NCBI GenBank assembly: GCA_951406725.2 | Contig: OX597823.1 | Span: 51,646,001-51,710,000, forward strand | From: Octopus vulgaris | Lineage: Eukaryota | Direction of reading: 5' to 3' | DNA: 64,000 nucleotides | Shown: positions 11,951 through 25,210 of the stretch, piece by piece | How the letters are laid out: each line of letters begins with the position of its first letter | Numbering within the stretch: the stretch's first letter is position 1 | The notes under the pieces: generated by a model | The model's database searches: none | Told to the model about the DNA's origin: nothing | What the model saw: the letters and a program-made list of their open reading frames with translations, nothing else | Made by a program: the position numbers and the translations under genes

Positions 11951-13887
11951 AAGGTGGGGGTTTCCAGAATCAGCACAAGTACACTAATTAAGGAGGATGA
12001 CAAACTGTATTAAATTAGTCCTGTTACTGGACTGGTATTTATATCGACGAAAAATAAAGTCGTCTTCAGCAGGATTTTAAATCCGAGCATTAACAGACCT
12101 AGCTAAAGTATTTTGTGCGTTGCGCTATTGGATCTGCCAATAATTATTACTCTGTAATAATTTGTAATAATATTGTAACCAATATGTGGTATTGTAACAT
12201 CTAAATCCTTTCAAATCACAGCCTTCCCGTTCTAGATGACACAGCGTCCAGTATGGTCCTAGATATATAAAATTATGGGATAGTCATGATTGGAATATTT
12301 TTGATTATAGGTCTGCTTGATCAAGACTGATCCTGGGTTAAATAACAATAGCAGCAGCAACGGCAGCCGTTCAAGAATTTGGACCTGGAGAATCTCCATT
12401 TCCAGCGACTTCGAGGGCCACCTCCCAGTGGTGTCGGGCGTCAACGAAGAGCCCTCGACTACAACAAGACGACTAAAGTTTTTTTTCCAAGATCTGGGGT
12501 CTCCTGCCCCTAAGCATAGACCATCACCTAATCACCCTTACTTGTCTTGTTGCTTAACAACAACAACAACAACAGCAAAAGTAATGGTTTCAGATTTTGC
12601 CACACGGGCAGTAATTTTGGGGGAGGGGATTAGTCGATTACATCGATACCAGTGTTCAATTGGTACTTATTTTATCGACCCCAAAAGGGCGAAAGGCAAA
12701 ATCGACCTCGACGAAATTTGAACTCAATATATAATTGCAAAAATAAGAACAATTATATATTGTTCTACTATAAATTTCTTGCTTACATTGGTCCAGTTTG
12801 TTGAAATCATATGAGAAACTGGTCTGGCGGGGACACATTGAAAGTACCGTTTCTAAAATCATGGTATAAAGAAATCATACGAATAAATAAATCTTGGAAA
12901 ATAAAGAAAACCGAAGCATTGACCTTTTATTGGCCAATAAAATGTTTCCTATCTATCCAGTCAAGGTGAAATGAAAAGCTATAGGGGTTACCGAACCATA
13001 TACTCCTGAAAAGGAGCCGATCCGTAAACGTTCCAAGAATGTCTACGTACTGCTTTATAGACGACTCTATTGGAATAGTTTCAGGAAGGTTTATAGCGAA
13101 CGAAGCGAAACCGAAGAAGAGCATAAAAAAGAAAAGAAGAAAAACAAAATATAAACAAAAACAAAACGATAATTCTGTGTAAAAATAAGCAGCGTTATAA
13201 GAAAGCAATCTTGAATAATGATATTATTTCACGGCAATTTGTTTAGCTGGTGAAGTGAGCAGTCATGGAACAATCATATAAATATAAACAGTGATTGTAG
13301 TGATCGTAGTTGTAAAGAAACTAAAATTTGTATAGATCACGCTGATAGATCACAGAAGTCAAAAATTCACTGAATTGTGTTACATTCAACAAAAGAACTT
13401 CGCTCATGTGTTCTGACTGTGCAGTTCTAACACTGTCACTAACACACAAAACACATACTTACGCGAAGGCTTTACACACACACACACACATGCTTAGTAG
13501 ATACATAAACTTTACAAACAGGATAGAGGCACTTTAAAGGTGAGCTGGACAAGTGAATTACTATTGTCTTACATTTATCCGACATGGCAACAATCCAAAA
13601 TATCTGTAAAACATTGGTTTGTCGATTCATTTTACATCTGTGTTTTAAAACGCCTATTCCCTACATAGATTACAAAACTGAATTTAAAACTGGACTACAT
13701 ATCATAGTTCTTTGAGAGAAGGCATAAACGTTAGAAATTCTCATTCATCCATGTCTCTATATTTTTGATATTTTGCTTAAGAATCTGCTATTTTTGTAAT
13801 TAAAATATAGAATTCTGGAGCGCTAGTAAGTTCAGCTTACAGATATGACAGTTAAGTGCAACTCATTTCTCATATCTCACCACTGTA

Positions 13888-14294
13888 TACTCTTTTACTT
13901 GTTTCAGTCGTTTGACTGCGGCCATGCTGGAGCACCGCCTTTAGTCGACCAAATCAACCCCAGGACTTATTCTTTGTAAACCTAGTACTTATCATATCGG
14001 TACTCTTTTGCCGAACTGCTAAGTTACGGGGACGTAAACACACCAGCATCGGTTGTCAAGCGATGCTGGGGGACAAACAGAGACACACAAACATATACAC
14101 ACACACATATATATATACATGCATATATACGACGGGCTTCTTTCAGTTTCCGCCTACCAAATCTACTCACAAGGCTTTGGTCGGCCCGAGGCTATAGTAG
14201 AAAACACTTGCCCAAGGTGCAACGCAGTGGGACTGAACCCGGAACCATGTCGTTGGTAAGCAAGCTACTTACCACACAGCCACTCCTACACCTA
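13888..14294 (-). mobile_element. tRNA-derived SINE family B, full length
   Basis: Reverse complement of the copy at 14572-14987. Confidence 0.9.
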
Positions 14295-14571
14295 TAATAA
14301 AATATCTTTCTCTGTATTTACATTTGCAAGCTGTCCCCCATGAGAGTACGATTCTTTGATTGCTTTTAAAGATTGGAGGGATACATTTCCGTAAATAATT
14401 TTGAAAATTGCTTTCGCAATTCATTTTATAGTGCTAAACTTTAGACCTTTGTATAGTTTGAAAATGCATTTTTCTTGGATCGTTGGTTATCCATGGCTGG
14501 ATACATATGCTTGAGAAAGAAATAGTAATTCTATTAATCACACATGATTAATAAATATTATTTGATAGTGA

Positions 14572-14987
14572 TAGGCGCAGGAGTGGCTGTGTGGTAAGTA
14601 GCTCGCTAACCAACCACATGGCTCCGGGTTCGGTCCCACTGCGTGGCATCTTGGGCAAGTGTCTTCTGCTATAGCCCCAGGCCGACCAATGCCTTGTGAG
14701 TGGATTTGGTAGACGGAAACTGAAAGAAGCCTGTCGTATATATGTATGTATATATATATATATGTGTGTGTATATGTTTGTGTGTCTCTGTTTGTCCCCC
14801 AACATCGCTTGACAACCGATGCTGGTGTGTTTACGTCCCCGTAACTTAGCGGTTCGGCAAAAGAGACCGATAGAATAAGTACTGGGCTTACAAAGAATAA
14901 GTCCCGGGGTCGATTTGCTCGACTAAAGGCGGTGCTCCAGCATGGCCGCAGTCAAATGACTGAAACAAGTAAAAGATAAAAAAGATA
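14572..14987 (+). mobile_element. tRNA-derived SINE family B, full length
   Basis: Head aggcgcaggagtggctgtgtggtaag..gggttcggtccc, internal (TA)/(TG) tract, tail gactgaaacaagtaaaaga. Confidence 0.9.
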
Positions 14988-15056
14988 TGTCAGTATTATT
15001 CCTTTATTTCAAAGCTAAAACATATCCCCTCCTTAATTGTTATTATTATTTAAAAG

Positions 15057-15655
15057 TGATAAAGCGACGTGCTGGCAGAGTAGTTAGAACACTGGGTAAA
15101 ATGCTTAGTGGTATTTTGTCCGTCCCTACGTTCTGAGTTCAAATTACGCCGAGATCCACTTTGGCTTTCATCCTTTCAGGGTCGATGAAATAAGCACCAG
15201 TTACGCACTGGGATTAATGTAATCGACTAGCTCCCTTCCCCCAACATTTCAAGTCTTCTCCCCATAGCAGAAAGGATTATTTAATAGTGATTAGGTGGTG
15301 AACTGGTAGAATCGTAAGCACGCCGGGTTAAATGCTTAACGTTATTTCGTCCGTCTTTACGCTCTGGACTTAAATTCCGCCGAGGCTAATTTTGCCATTC
15401 ATCCTTTCTGGGCTCTATAAAATAAGTACCAGCTGAATACTGAAGTCTAGTAAATCGACTTATCCATCCCCCGAAATTACTGACCTTGTGCTAAAGTTTG
15501 AAAACATTATTTAAGAGAGATTAAGGAGGTGACCTGGCTGAATTGTTAGTACACCGGATAAAATGCTTAGCAGCATTTCGTCCGTCTTTACGTTCTGAGG
15601 TTAAGCTTCATCAAGGTCGACTTTGCCTTTCAACATTTTGGGGTCGATAGAATAA
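15057..15655 (+). mobile_element. Three tandem SINE family C copies
   Basis: ~230-bp period, each copy preceded by ttatttaaNag(t/a)gat. Confidence 0.85.
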
Positions 15656-16019
15656 ATGAATTTTTTGTATATTAATTAATAATGAATCCAGGTAAACGTT
15701 TAATGTTTTTTTTTTATTAGATTTATATAATGATATGTATCTTTGTAAGAGAAGTCGTGTTCTGTTGATTGAATTATATCCAATTTATTGCAAACACTTA
15801 TGGCGGCGAGCTAACATGATTGTTAGCACACTGGACGGAATAAGCTGGTTTTTTTCCACTGACTCTACTTTTCATCCTTTCAAGGTCGATAAAATGAGTA
15901 GCAGCTTAGAGCTGTCGTCGACTTGCACACTCTCTAAACGTCCCCGGCCTTGTTCTTGTAGTAAAAAGAATATATTACAGGCATTCATTTTATAAAAATT
16001 CGCTGATAAATAAGAATTT

Positions 16020-17560
16020 GGCTAAATGAGAAACCGGTTTTGCTAAGTTCGTTTATTTCTTGAAAGAGATTTTTGGTTCGTCATCATCAGATGTTTTTCT
16101 TGAGATATTCGTCGCTGTTGAAAATCGAACTCCACATTAATGGCTTCTATAATTTTATTTGAGAAGGGAAAGCAATACTTCCTTATTATATGAAGACTGT
16201 AAATGCCTGTGTATGCTTTCTCAGAGTAGGTCACAGAAACTAGGTACAATTGCGAAGGATAATGTTTTAAAACATTGTTAAGCTCTTTTGACAAAAGTCA
16301 CTTTAGCATCGAACAAACTCCATATAATATTAGTAGGCTTCCGGTAATCTGAATTTTTGACATAGGTTGCATTTCCGGTTGAATTACTTTACTCCTCGAA
16401 TCAAAATTTTCTCACCGTAGCCAATTACTTTGAGAGAGATGAGCTACTAAAACCTGAGTTACTCTGAACATATTATACGTCTTTAAGGTGGAGAGCCATT
16501 GACCTATTAATGAGCATGAAACACTTTTCGTTGTTTCTCTAACGCCATCAACCATAACAGCTTTCCACTTGTCCACGCAACCTCTCACAACTATAAGAAA
16601 ACTTTCCCGCTATGATAGTGACTACACTAATCGACAACGAAGCATATATTTTGACTAGAATAACATATTTATCTCTAAATCGGATGTGGATACATAATTT
16701 TGCTGTTAAATTATTATCTCATCGATCATGAATAGTATTTAGTAATAGGAAATAATCATTGCATTCTTATCTCCGCTTATTTCTAGTAACATTCCAGATT
16801 TCAAAAGAGGTTTTGAATGACATTAGCCTTAATTAAACAGTAAAGCTTTATAAAGAAAATTTTCAGCATTAGGAAACCACATTATTGTCACCTTTGAGTG
16901 ACATTCGCCATACAATTTAGGGTAATATTTCTGGAAACAATATAGCTTTTGGTCTAATATAACAAAAGGCATTTCAAATAGTAGTCGTAGCTGATGTTGT
17001 CGTGACTGATATATCTGATTTATCCGCAACTATCTTTTGAGGTGACTTTGTTTTTCCCTTCGGAACTAATTATTATGTTACTGAAATGTCAGGTAATAGC
17101 ATCCTGTTTTCCATTCTGCGGTTATTTGTTAATAGATTTTAGATGACGAATTTCACTGGGGCATTTTATATGTTTCTCACAACCTACCTAATATAGTATC
17201 TGATATAAACCAGTGACCTCATTAGGGACAATTTATGGAAACATTGCAGAACGTCAATGTTTTGTATGATTCGCATTTTCTCGGTGTTAAAAGTTTTTCG
17301 AATTATCAGATCTCCCTGAAAACAAATTTGGTAATTGCTTGCATATTTTGTTGTATTTTTATTGGTTTCTCTTATTTATCTAAACAAAAATAATCCCTTC
17401 AAGATTTGCATGTTTGCTTTTAGTTTGTTGTAATCTCAAAGGTTGATTGCAACAATTTTTAATATTACTAAATACATATAGAGATCTAACTCCTTAAATG
17501 AAACATAACGTATGAATTTGGACACCAAAAGATTATGAGCAAAAGCACTTGTAGCAACAA
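16020..17560 (-). mobile_element. Possible very old hAT-type transposase fossil
   Basis: Only faint motifs on the minus strand (KHANLE, W..V.VDG, FVRC*S resembling VRWLS). Heavily disrupted. Confidence 0.25.
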
Positions 17561-18539
17561 ATGTTCACAGTAACATGAAATCATAACCAGTCGAAATGTT
17601 ATAGTAAAAGGCCATGCTTTAACAGTTCATATACTTTTACTGCTATCGTGCTGTAAAGCAGATTAAATCTTGTACATTATGTAAATGTATTATTAACAAT
17701 CTTGCTTAGTTTAATAATAAATTCTCCGCACCTTTCTTTCACCGCCATTGAAAGGACAGAGCACCGCATCCTTAGTCATAGCTACGACGAAATTAATCGC
17801 GTCCGTCATCACTCCATGCCACCTCAAGTACATGGTTTTACAAAAGGGCCTAATTTTACAGCAGCAGCAGATATGTTTATTAAACTTATATATCTCTATT
17901 GATAACGTGCACCGTATTGTTGCTCAAGTTATTTACTCCTAATTGTTTATTTTAGGAATAAATAGGCGCCATCAGAGTCACAGCTTTCAGCTTTACTTAA
18001 AGGGTGGTGATGCATAACCGCTAAGTGATTTCTTATCTTGCAATAAGTGCCGATATATCTGTAAGTTTTGCTCATTAAAACTTGCAATATATGTTATTGA
18101 TGCAATATCTGTTTCTTAGAAATTTTCAGTTAATAGACACAATGTCTCTCAGAGTTATTTAACAGAGGTAAAAGTGCGCAGGTATGTTTGTGTGGTTAAG
18201 AAGTTTGCTTCGCAAATACGCAGTTTCGACTTTGATCCGTCAACGTTGTAATTCTGGACATTGGTTTCTGCTACAACCGCCAGTTAACTGGTTCTGTTTG
18301 TGAGTGGAATTCGGTTGCCAGAACCTGTATGTGTGTGTGTGTCTATTCAGTTTGTATATGTATGCATCTTTCACCGAGTGAGAAAACCGATAATCTGGTG
18401 TTTTACGAACGAACTCCTTTTTGGTCCTTGTTCTGTATCGAATTAGAGACACTTTCTTGTTATCCTCCTTGTTACAAACAGTGATTGGCTCCGTTGGGGA
18501 CATTTTACCTCCGATATACTGCTGATCATCAGTTGCGAT

Positions 18540-18658
18540 ACAGTTCTATATTTAAGAGATGAGGAATTATGTACACATCAGGTATATCAGCCGAAACATG
18601 TTTACAACAAACAAGATGAGGACAAATATCCGTCAATTGTAAATAATTTAAATAACGT
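18540..18658. mobile_element. 119-bp insertion with 12-bp TSD carrying an HHR 3' half
   Basis: atcagttgcgat at 18528-18539 and 18659-18670. Internal cagcc-GAAA-catg-TT contains the palindrome AACATGTT. Confidence 0.6.
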
Positions 18659-20056
18659 ATCAGTTGCGATGTCAAATATAACAAATAATTTTCTGCAATT
18701 GAAAATACACATATTTACTATTCGACAGCACCTAACCTTAATATCCAAAATCTAGTTTGTCTACCAATTACTTAACCCACACTTTAGCCAATAAAGAAAA
18801 TCAGCAACAACAAACAGATCAAAAGAATTAATCATTATTTAAAAAATTCATCTTTGACAACATACGTTCTTGATATTATTAAGTTCGTAATAGACAATAT
18901 TATATTTGATATTATTATTAAGAATCTTGAGAAATGATATTATAAATCTAGTTTACTGTGTTTCTAAAACTTTTTAAGCATATTCAGAGGAGTAAGGGCA
19001 GTGTCTATGATCTTGTTCAGTTCTCTCCTGGAATAATATATGGAAGTTGAGTTATTCTCAGACTTGAAACTTAGCCTCAATGTTCGCAACAGATTGAATT
19101 CCACCACAAAAGTTACCCGAAAGTCAAGAAATAATGTTAAACCAGGCGTGAAAGAAGTTTGTCACCAAAGAAGAAGAACAGTCCTTCCAGCTAGGTTCCA
19201 TAAAGTTTCTATCTGCCAAATTTCACTTCCAAGTCTTTGCTGTGTGAGAAGATACTCACCGACGCTTGCTAAAGTAGAGCACAATGATATCGAACGTGCA
19301 GCATTTACTTTCACGGCAGTGGAATCTTTAACCAAACCAAGAAGATTCTACTGTGAAGGATTATACATCTAGTTACTGTGAGTAGTTATTTTGGGGTCAC
19401 TGAAATACTTACCAGTAATACTCAGTACCTCACATCATTTAATTTTATCTACGCTGTCTCAGAAGTTGAATTCGCAAAATCGTTAGAACGTCGGATAAAA
19501 AGCTTTCAGATATATAGTTGTGACCAATGTTTTCTGAGTTCAAATTCCACTGAGATCTACGTTGCTTGCATACTTCCAGGATTTGATAAAATAAAGTATT
19601 ATTTTACTGCTGAAGTCGATATAAACAACTAAACCTTTCCTCAACAGTGTGTGCCCTTGAACCAATATCAGAAATCAGTATTTGTATGTAAATAATTAAC
19701 TTATGATAAACATCATACTACTTTATATATATATATATTTATTTTTTTTGTAAAATCTCATAATGTCCTAACAATTTTATGATGGTAGTCGCTTATCTAG
19801 TCCTCGTTAAGTTCCTTAATTTTTCAAAACTTAAACCCTCTTAACACGTATAAGCTCCTTTCCTCTATCTACTCCCTACCTAAGTTTCGAATAAATTGTT
19901 TCTTAATCGGTACAGTTTGTTTGTTTATTTGTTGGTTGACTTTTTTTTTCTCTTCTCGCGTACAGCGTTACAAACTTCGATAGACACTAAAAGGTGCAGC
20001 TGATATATATTTTTGTGAGGAAATGATATCCTCTTTTCATGCATGCGACTTTTAAG

Positions 20057-20295
20057 CATAAATAATTTGCTTTATGGAGTCGATCGATTAGACATTTATT
20101 GATCTCGTATACCAATACACATAAACAATTTACTCTTTGAAGACGATTGGTAAAACATTCATTGATTTAATATAGCAACACGCATAAAGAATTTTCTCTT
20201 TGAAGTCAATCGCTGTGACATTCATTGATCTCGTACAGCAATAGACATAAACATTTTGTTCTGTGAAGACGATCACGAAGACATTCATTGGTCAC
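20057..20295. repeat. 63-bp minisatellite, ~3.8 units
   Basis: acatt(t/c)attg recurs at 20092, 20155, 20218, 20281. Confidence 0.9.
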
Positions 20296-20346
20296 ATACA
20301 TATCGAAAAATCCGCATCTGGAAATATATGTGTATATGTACATTAT

Positions 20347-20377
<31 letters not shown>

Positions 20378-20449
20378 CACACATATATATATACATTAAT
20401 ACATTATATATATATATAGTGTATTTTATATGTGTGTGTTTAGGTGTAA

Positions 20450-20494
<45 letters not shown>

Positions 20495-21569
20495 GTATGT
20501 ATGTGTATATATATATATACATATATATTCTCTTTTGAATCAAACTTTCAGTTTTGTGATACTCTCATGTCAATATCACAGTACAAGAAACTGCATGATT
20601 TATTAGTGATCTATCCCCAGTTAATTTTCTTTTGGCATTACCCTTCACCTTCTGAAATACTCAAATCACTTTAAATCTATTTTTCCGACAACAAATCTGT
20701 TCTAAAGAATACTTTACTTGCTTTCCTTTCCTGAAAATATCCCAGATGAAGTCCCATCATTTCTAGTAAAACAACATTATTTTTATCTTCGAATTCACTA
20801 GTCCGGAACTTGCCAGTATCATCTGAATCCCAACACGCAATTTTTCATTCATATTATCTTTACAAACGTTCGTGTTGTTAACCCTTTTACCTGCCTTAAT
20901 GCTGTAGAAGTAGAAATAGAAGTGAAGCAAATCTAAAACAATGTATTCCAACAACATTACTTTCTTACCCAATATTGATATGAGCAGAGCGGCATTTTCA
21001 TAATATTTGATAGAAGAATATAAATATAAATTCTTTCATACGCAGCTACTGGGGATAACCAGAAACATATAATACCTACGATAGAATTATTGTAAAAAGT
21101 ATCTCTGTAGAGTCTATTTTTCTTCCGTTAACTTCAATAGATTTTATAACGTCGACCGACCATGGTCAATAAAACCTCTTGGGACATTCCCCAACCTAAC
21201 AAAATTAACAGTTTTATTATTTATTGACAAAACCAAAAATTTATTTTTTATCGTTTTCATATTGAATTTCTTGGTGATTAATAGGGGAATCTTGCTTGAA
21301 GAATTTCTTACAATGAGAAATTTGTAAAAATAGAGTTGGATTGTTTAGTCGCCAATAATATGATATAAAATTATAAGTCCTGCCTGAGTCTGTTATTAGA
21401 CAGTTCATAGGGATGTATTTTGTTGTCCTGAACATTTTTTAAAAAGGATATTAAGAAATAACACTAAAGTAATTTAAAATCATAAAAAATAAGATTTTAA
21501 GAAGTGTGCTTGAAAACAAAGGAAATATAAAAACATATAAGAAATTTTGAAAATGATTTTCTATGTAAA

Positions 21570-22100
21570 TATAGGCGTAGCACTGTAGTAAGAAGTCTGC
21601 TTCTCTATCAGGTGGTCTCAGTTTCATTCTCGATGTGTGACGCCTTGGGTAAATGTCACCAGCTATAGAGCCCAAGCCGACCAAAGTAGATTTATCTGAC
21701 GGAAACTGAAAGAAGTCCGTCGTATGTGTGTGTTTGTTTGTTCCCCACCACTGCTTGATTGTCAGTGTTGGCTTGTTTAGGTTGCTGTAACCTGATATAT
21801 ATATATGACCTGGCGGTTAGTGTTGCCCTCACGATCGGGAGATGGGGGTTTCAATTCCTAGACCGGGCGGTGCGTTGTGTTATTGAGCAAAACACTTCAT
21901 CACGCGTTGCTCTCCGATCACTTCGACACCTGACGTATGGTTCACCGTTCACCTGTTCAGACAACATCGATTTGGTGATGGGACTGAGCTAAAGTACAGT
22001 ATATACATTATATTTGATCACTATAAACAAATCATTTGTACAGGTCTTTCGGCAAAAGCTGAACGCTCGTAAGTCGTCATCAACGGAAGAGTCCATCGTA
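21570..22100 (+). mobile_element. SINE family B fragment followed by a distinct tRNA-head SINE
   Basis: Family B head at ~21572. A second head cctggcggttag..ggtttcaattcctagaccgggcg starts at ~21809. Confidence 0.7.
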
Positions 22101-22181
22101 TATATACCTACATGTATTTTCCGCTCATTCTATTTCTCTTTTTAATCGTTTCTCTTTCCATATTTCTATTTTCTTCCCTGC

Positions 22182-22214
<33 letters not shown>

Positions 22215-22867
22215 TTCATCCCTAGTCAAACCTTATCGAGCAGAATTTCAAAAGACCTTCCAGCCGCGACCATTCTCATGTTTTAAGACTACATAGGACC
22301 ACACTATCCATTGTATTCTTTCTTCACTTAAGGCGAACGAAACGTAATGTTATTTACTATTGGTCAAGGTATCCCGTGGAGGGTCCTCGTTCTTCCTTGC
22401 TTACGTCATATTCCTCTTTATATTGAGCATGTCCCGTTTTCCCATTGTTTGCTTAAACCAACGATGTCAAGCTTGTATGACTTCGGTGGGGACCGGATTA
22501 AAGCATGAACTAGATCCCATTGGCTGGATAGAGACAATTATTCTTAAATATATTGTTCATAATATGTATAGGCTAAATTAAATGGATAGAGTGGTCGATA
22601 AAGATTATGACACTTTATAAACAATAAAGAAAGGAAAGAACATGAAGTTTTAGCAAAGATGCGTGAGAAAATTTATCCACAGACTGATTAAGTAAAAGTC
22701 CTTTGGGTGAGAATTTGTTCCCATGAATGAATACAGTTCTTGAACAGACTAATATCTTAGGAAAAACAATATCTCAGTTGCAAAATATTGCAATGTCGTT
22801 CAAATCTCTAGAATGAATTGATTTAATTAATCGCATCTTCATCAAACACACACACACACACAGACAG

Positions 22868-22910
<43 letters not shown>

Positions 22911-22914
22911 CATA

Positions 22915-23140
22915 AGTAAGCACAAAGAGGTGAAAAAATAGTACTCGAATTCCGAAGGTAGAGTAATATGCTTTTTTATTAAAGTTCCAAAAACATCACA
23001 AAAGCTGCAACTCATAGTTTCGCGATCTTGTTCGTCGGGTAATTGTGATCAAGAATCTTGATCACAACTGCCTGATGAACGGGCACGTGAAACTCTGAGC
23101 AGAAGTTTTTATGATGTTTTTGCAGCTTTAATAAAAAAAA
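22915..23140. mobile_element. Fold-back PLE-like element (family P2) with two opposed decayed HHRs
   Basis: Inverted arms ~22974-23054 and 23056-23135 centred on gtgatcaaga-a-tcttgatcac. Plus strand: actgc-CTGATGA-acgggcacgt-GAAA-ctctgag. Minus strand: CCGACGA-acaagatcgc-GAAA-ctatgag-TT-gcagc. Confidence 0.75.
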
Positions 23141-23176
23141 AGTGTGCATACATGTATATATATGTGTGTGTGTGTG

Positions 23177-23390
23177 TGCAATGGCCCAGTGGTTAGGGCA
23201 GCGGACTCGCGGTTTCGATTCCCAGACCAAGTGTTGTGAGTTTATTGAGCGAAAATAGATAAAGCACCACGAGGCCCCGGCAGGGAGTGGCGGCGAACCC
23301 TGCTGTACTCTTTCACCACAAATTTCCCTCACTCTTTCTTCCTGTTTCTGTTGTATCTGTATTTCAAAGGGCCAGCCTTGTCACACCCTG
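23177..23390 (+). mobile_element. SINE family A, partial
   Basis: gcaatggcccagtggttagggcagcggactcgcgg. Confidence 0.85.
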
Positions 23391-24953
23391 TTTTATAGCC
23401 CATATATTATTTTAATATAGCCGTATTGGTAGAATCGGTAAGCACCTGAAAATCGCATTGCAGTTTTCCTTCCCATTCCCTTGTTCAGGATTCAACTATT
23501 TGCCGGCATCAACTTTGGCTTATATCCTTCAGGGTCGATATAATCGACTGACTCCAACCCCAGAATTTCTGGCTTTGTGTCTTTCTAAGAAGACATTATC
23601 ACAGTATCTAATATAACTTTCAAATTTATTTAGTGACATTTTAAAAAGTGATTTACTACTTATAAGCAAGTTTTGAACAAATCATTTTATATATAATGGA
23701 AGAGTTGGTTAGGAAGATATTTTGTAGAAGAGACATGTCAAGCGAAATTTAATATATTTCTTTTCTATGTAATGCGAGGGCGGTCTGCAATTGAGTTAAC
23801 TGACACAAATGTTTTGTTAGAAAATTGTGAAAAATTTATCATTTTCGAAGTTATATATAAACAAGTCGCTATTGATATCATACAGTTCTTTATAGCCAAA
23901 ATGCCTGATGTCGTAATCATTGGTTACTTTTAGTATTATAATATATTTTGTGTGTCAACTTCGTAGACATTCTCTGAATATTTTGGTGCGAGGTAATATC
24001 GATTTATTTGCGTTTCTCAGCTACTATACCATGATTTGTATGTGAAATTACAAAGGAAGCATACATAGATATTTGTGAGTTGACTGGAAGAAAGTTTTTG
24101 CATCTTTTAAAGCAAAAATTTATTTGGGGATTTATCTTAGTAACATAACGTATCCGTTTAATTTTCTCATCTAATTGAATTGTTATTTATTCCCAGGTTA
24201 ACCGTGATTGAGCAAGACATGATCAAAAGAACATTTCATTCAGTATTTCTTTTAGCGTTGTGTTTCTAGAACTATATTATCCAAAGTACCCTTCGGTTTT
24301 GTTTTATTCTTTTAGATGACTGTGCGCAATTTCTGGACAATATTTTGCAACTATCATTATCAGATCGTATTACACATAGAAGTTTTTACATTGGTTCGAT
24401 TTATATTCAGTATATGTGCAATAGGTTCAATAACTGACTAAAGTAAGCAATATTTTAATATTTTTTAATGGGTAAGTATTATTCTTTATGGTCCAAACCT
24501 AGAAGCATCGGCAATCATAAACCTCTAAATTTTCCTTTTCCCCCTATAGAACCATTTGGTTCGTCATTTTGTAACTTGCTAGTTAGGACATCATTCTGTT
24601 AATTCTAATTCTTTTATTACTTCACTGTTCCTCTTTTTTTTTCTGAGAGTACTTTAGTGTCTCTTCCTCAGAGGAGTGCACTGGTATTTGCAAAACGAAG
24701 CTGATGTAATTCTTTTTAATGAATGCATGAAACAGATGCAGAAAATGCCAGGAGCTGTATTACTTCTGAAGGCCTAAAGAAACTTAGCATAGATACTGCA
24801 TCTGATCCGTTTATTTGCTACATGGCATAAATGATAAAGTTGTGATTTTGAAATCAGATTTTCATCTTCTACGATATCAAAAGTACATTTATTTTTTTTT
24901 AAAGTTTAATACTATCGACGTTATGGAGGTTGAAATAACATCAACCATTTCAT

Positions 24954-25210
24954 CTAAACGTTGTGAAATATAATGGATAACTGAATGACCTTTCCTGAAG
25001 CCACACTGGTGGTGGTGTAAGCACTTAGATAGAAATTTAGAAATTTGATAAGGCAGATTTCTCGAAAGTCTGAATAAGCTAGCAGTATGCTAATTGCACG
25101 ATAGTTGGTGGAGTCATGATTATCTGCACAGTAGAATAAATTTTGCATATCAGACTTTGTTGCGAAATCTGTCTCTATATGCGAATTACTTCTTATTACG
25201 GTATGTCATA
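24954..25210 (-). mobile_element. Old LINE RT fragment
   Basis: DSTNYRAISIL resembles the NYRPISL motif of non-LTR RTs. Confidence 0.45.

Noticed and set aside
12927-13208. 93-aa minus-strand ORF
   Set aside because: The N-terminus is low-complexity pyrimidine sequence, there is no recognisable domain, and no convincing splice boundaries were found.
20057-20295. Regularly spaced repeats resembling a CRISPR array (also 51507-51752)
   Set aside because: The whole unit is repeated, so there are no unique spacers. The context is eukaryotic and no cas genes are present.
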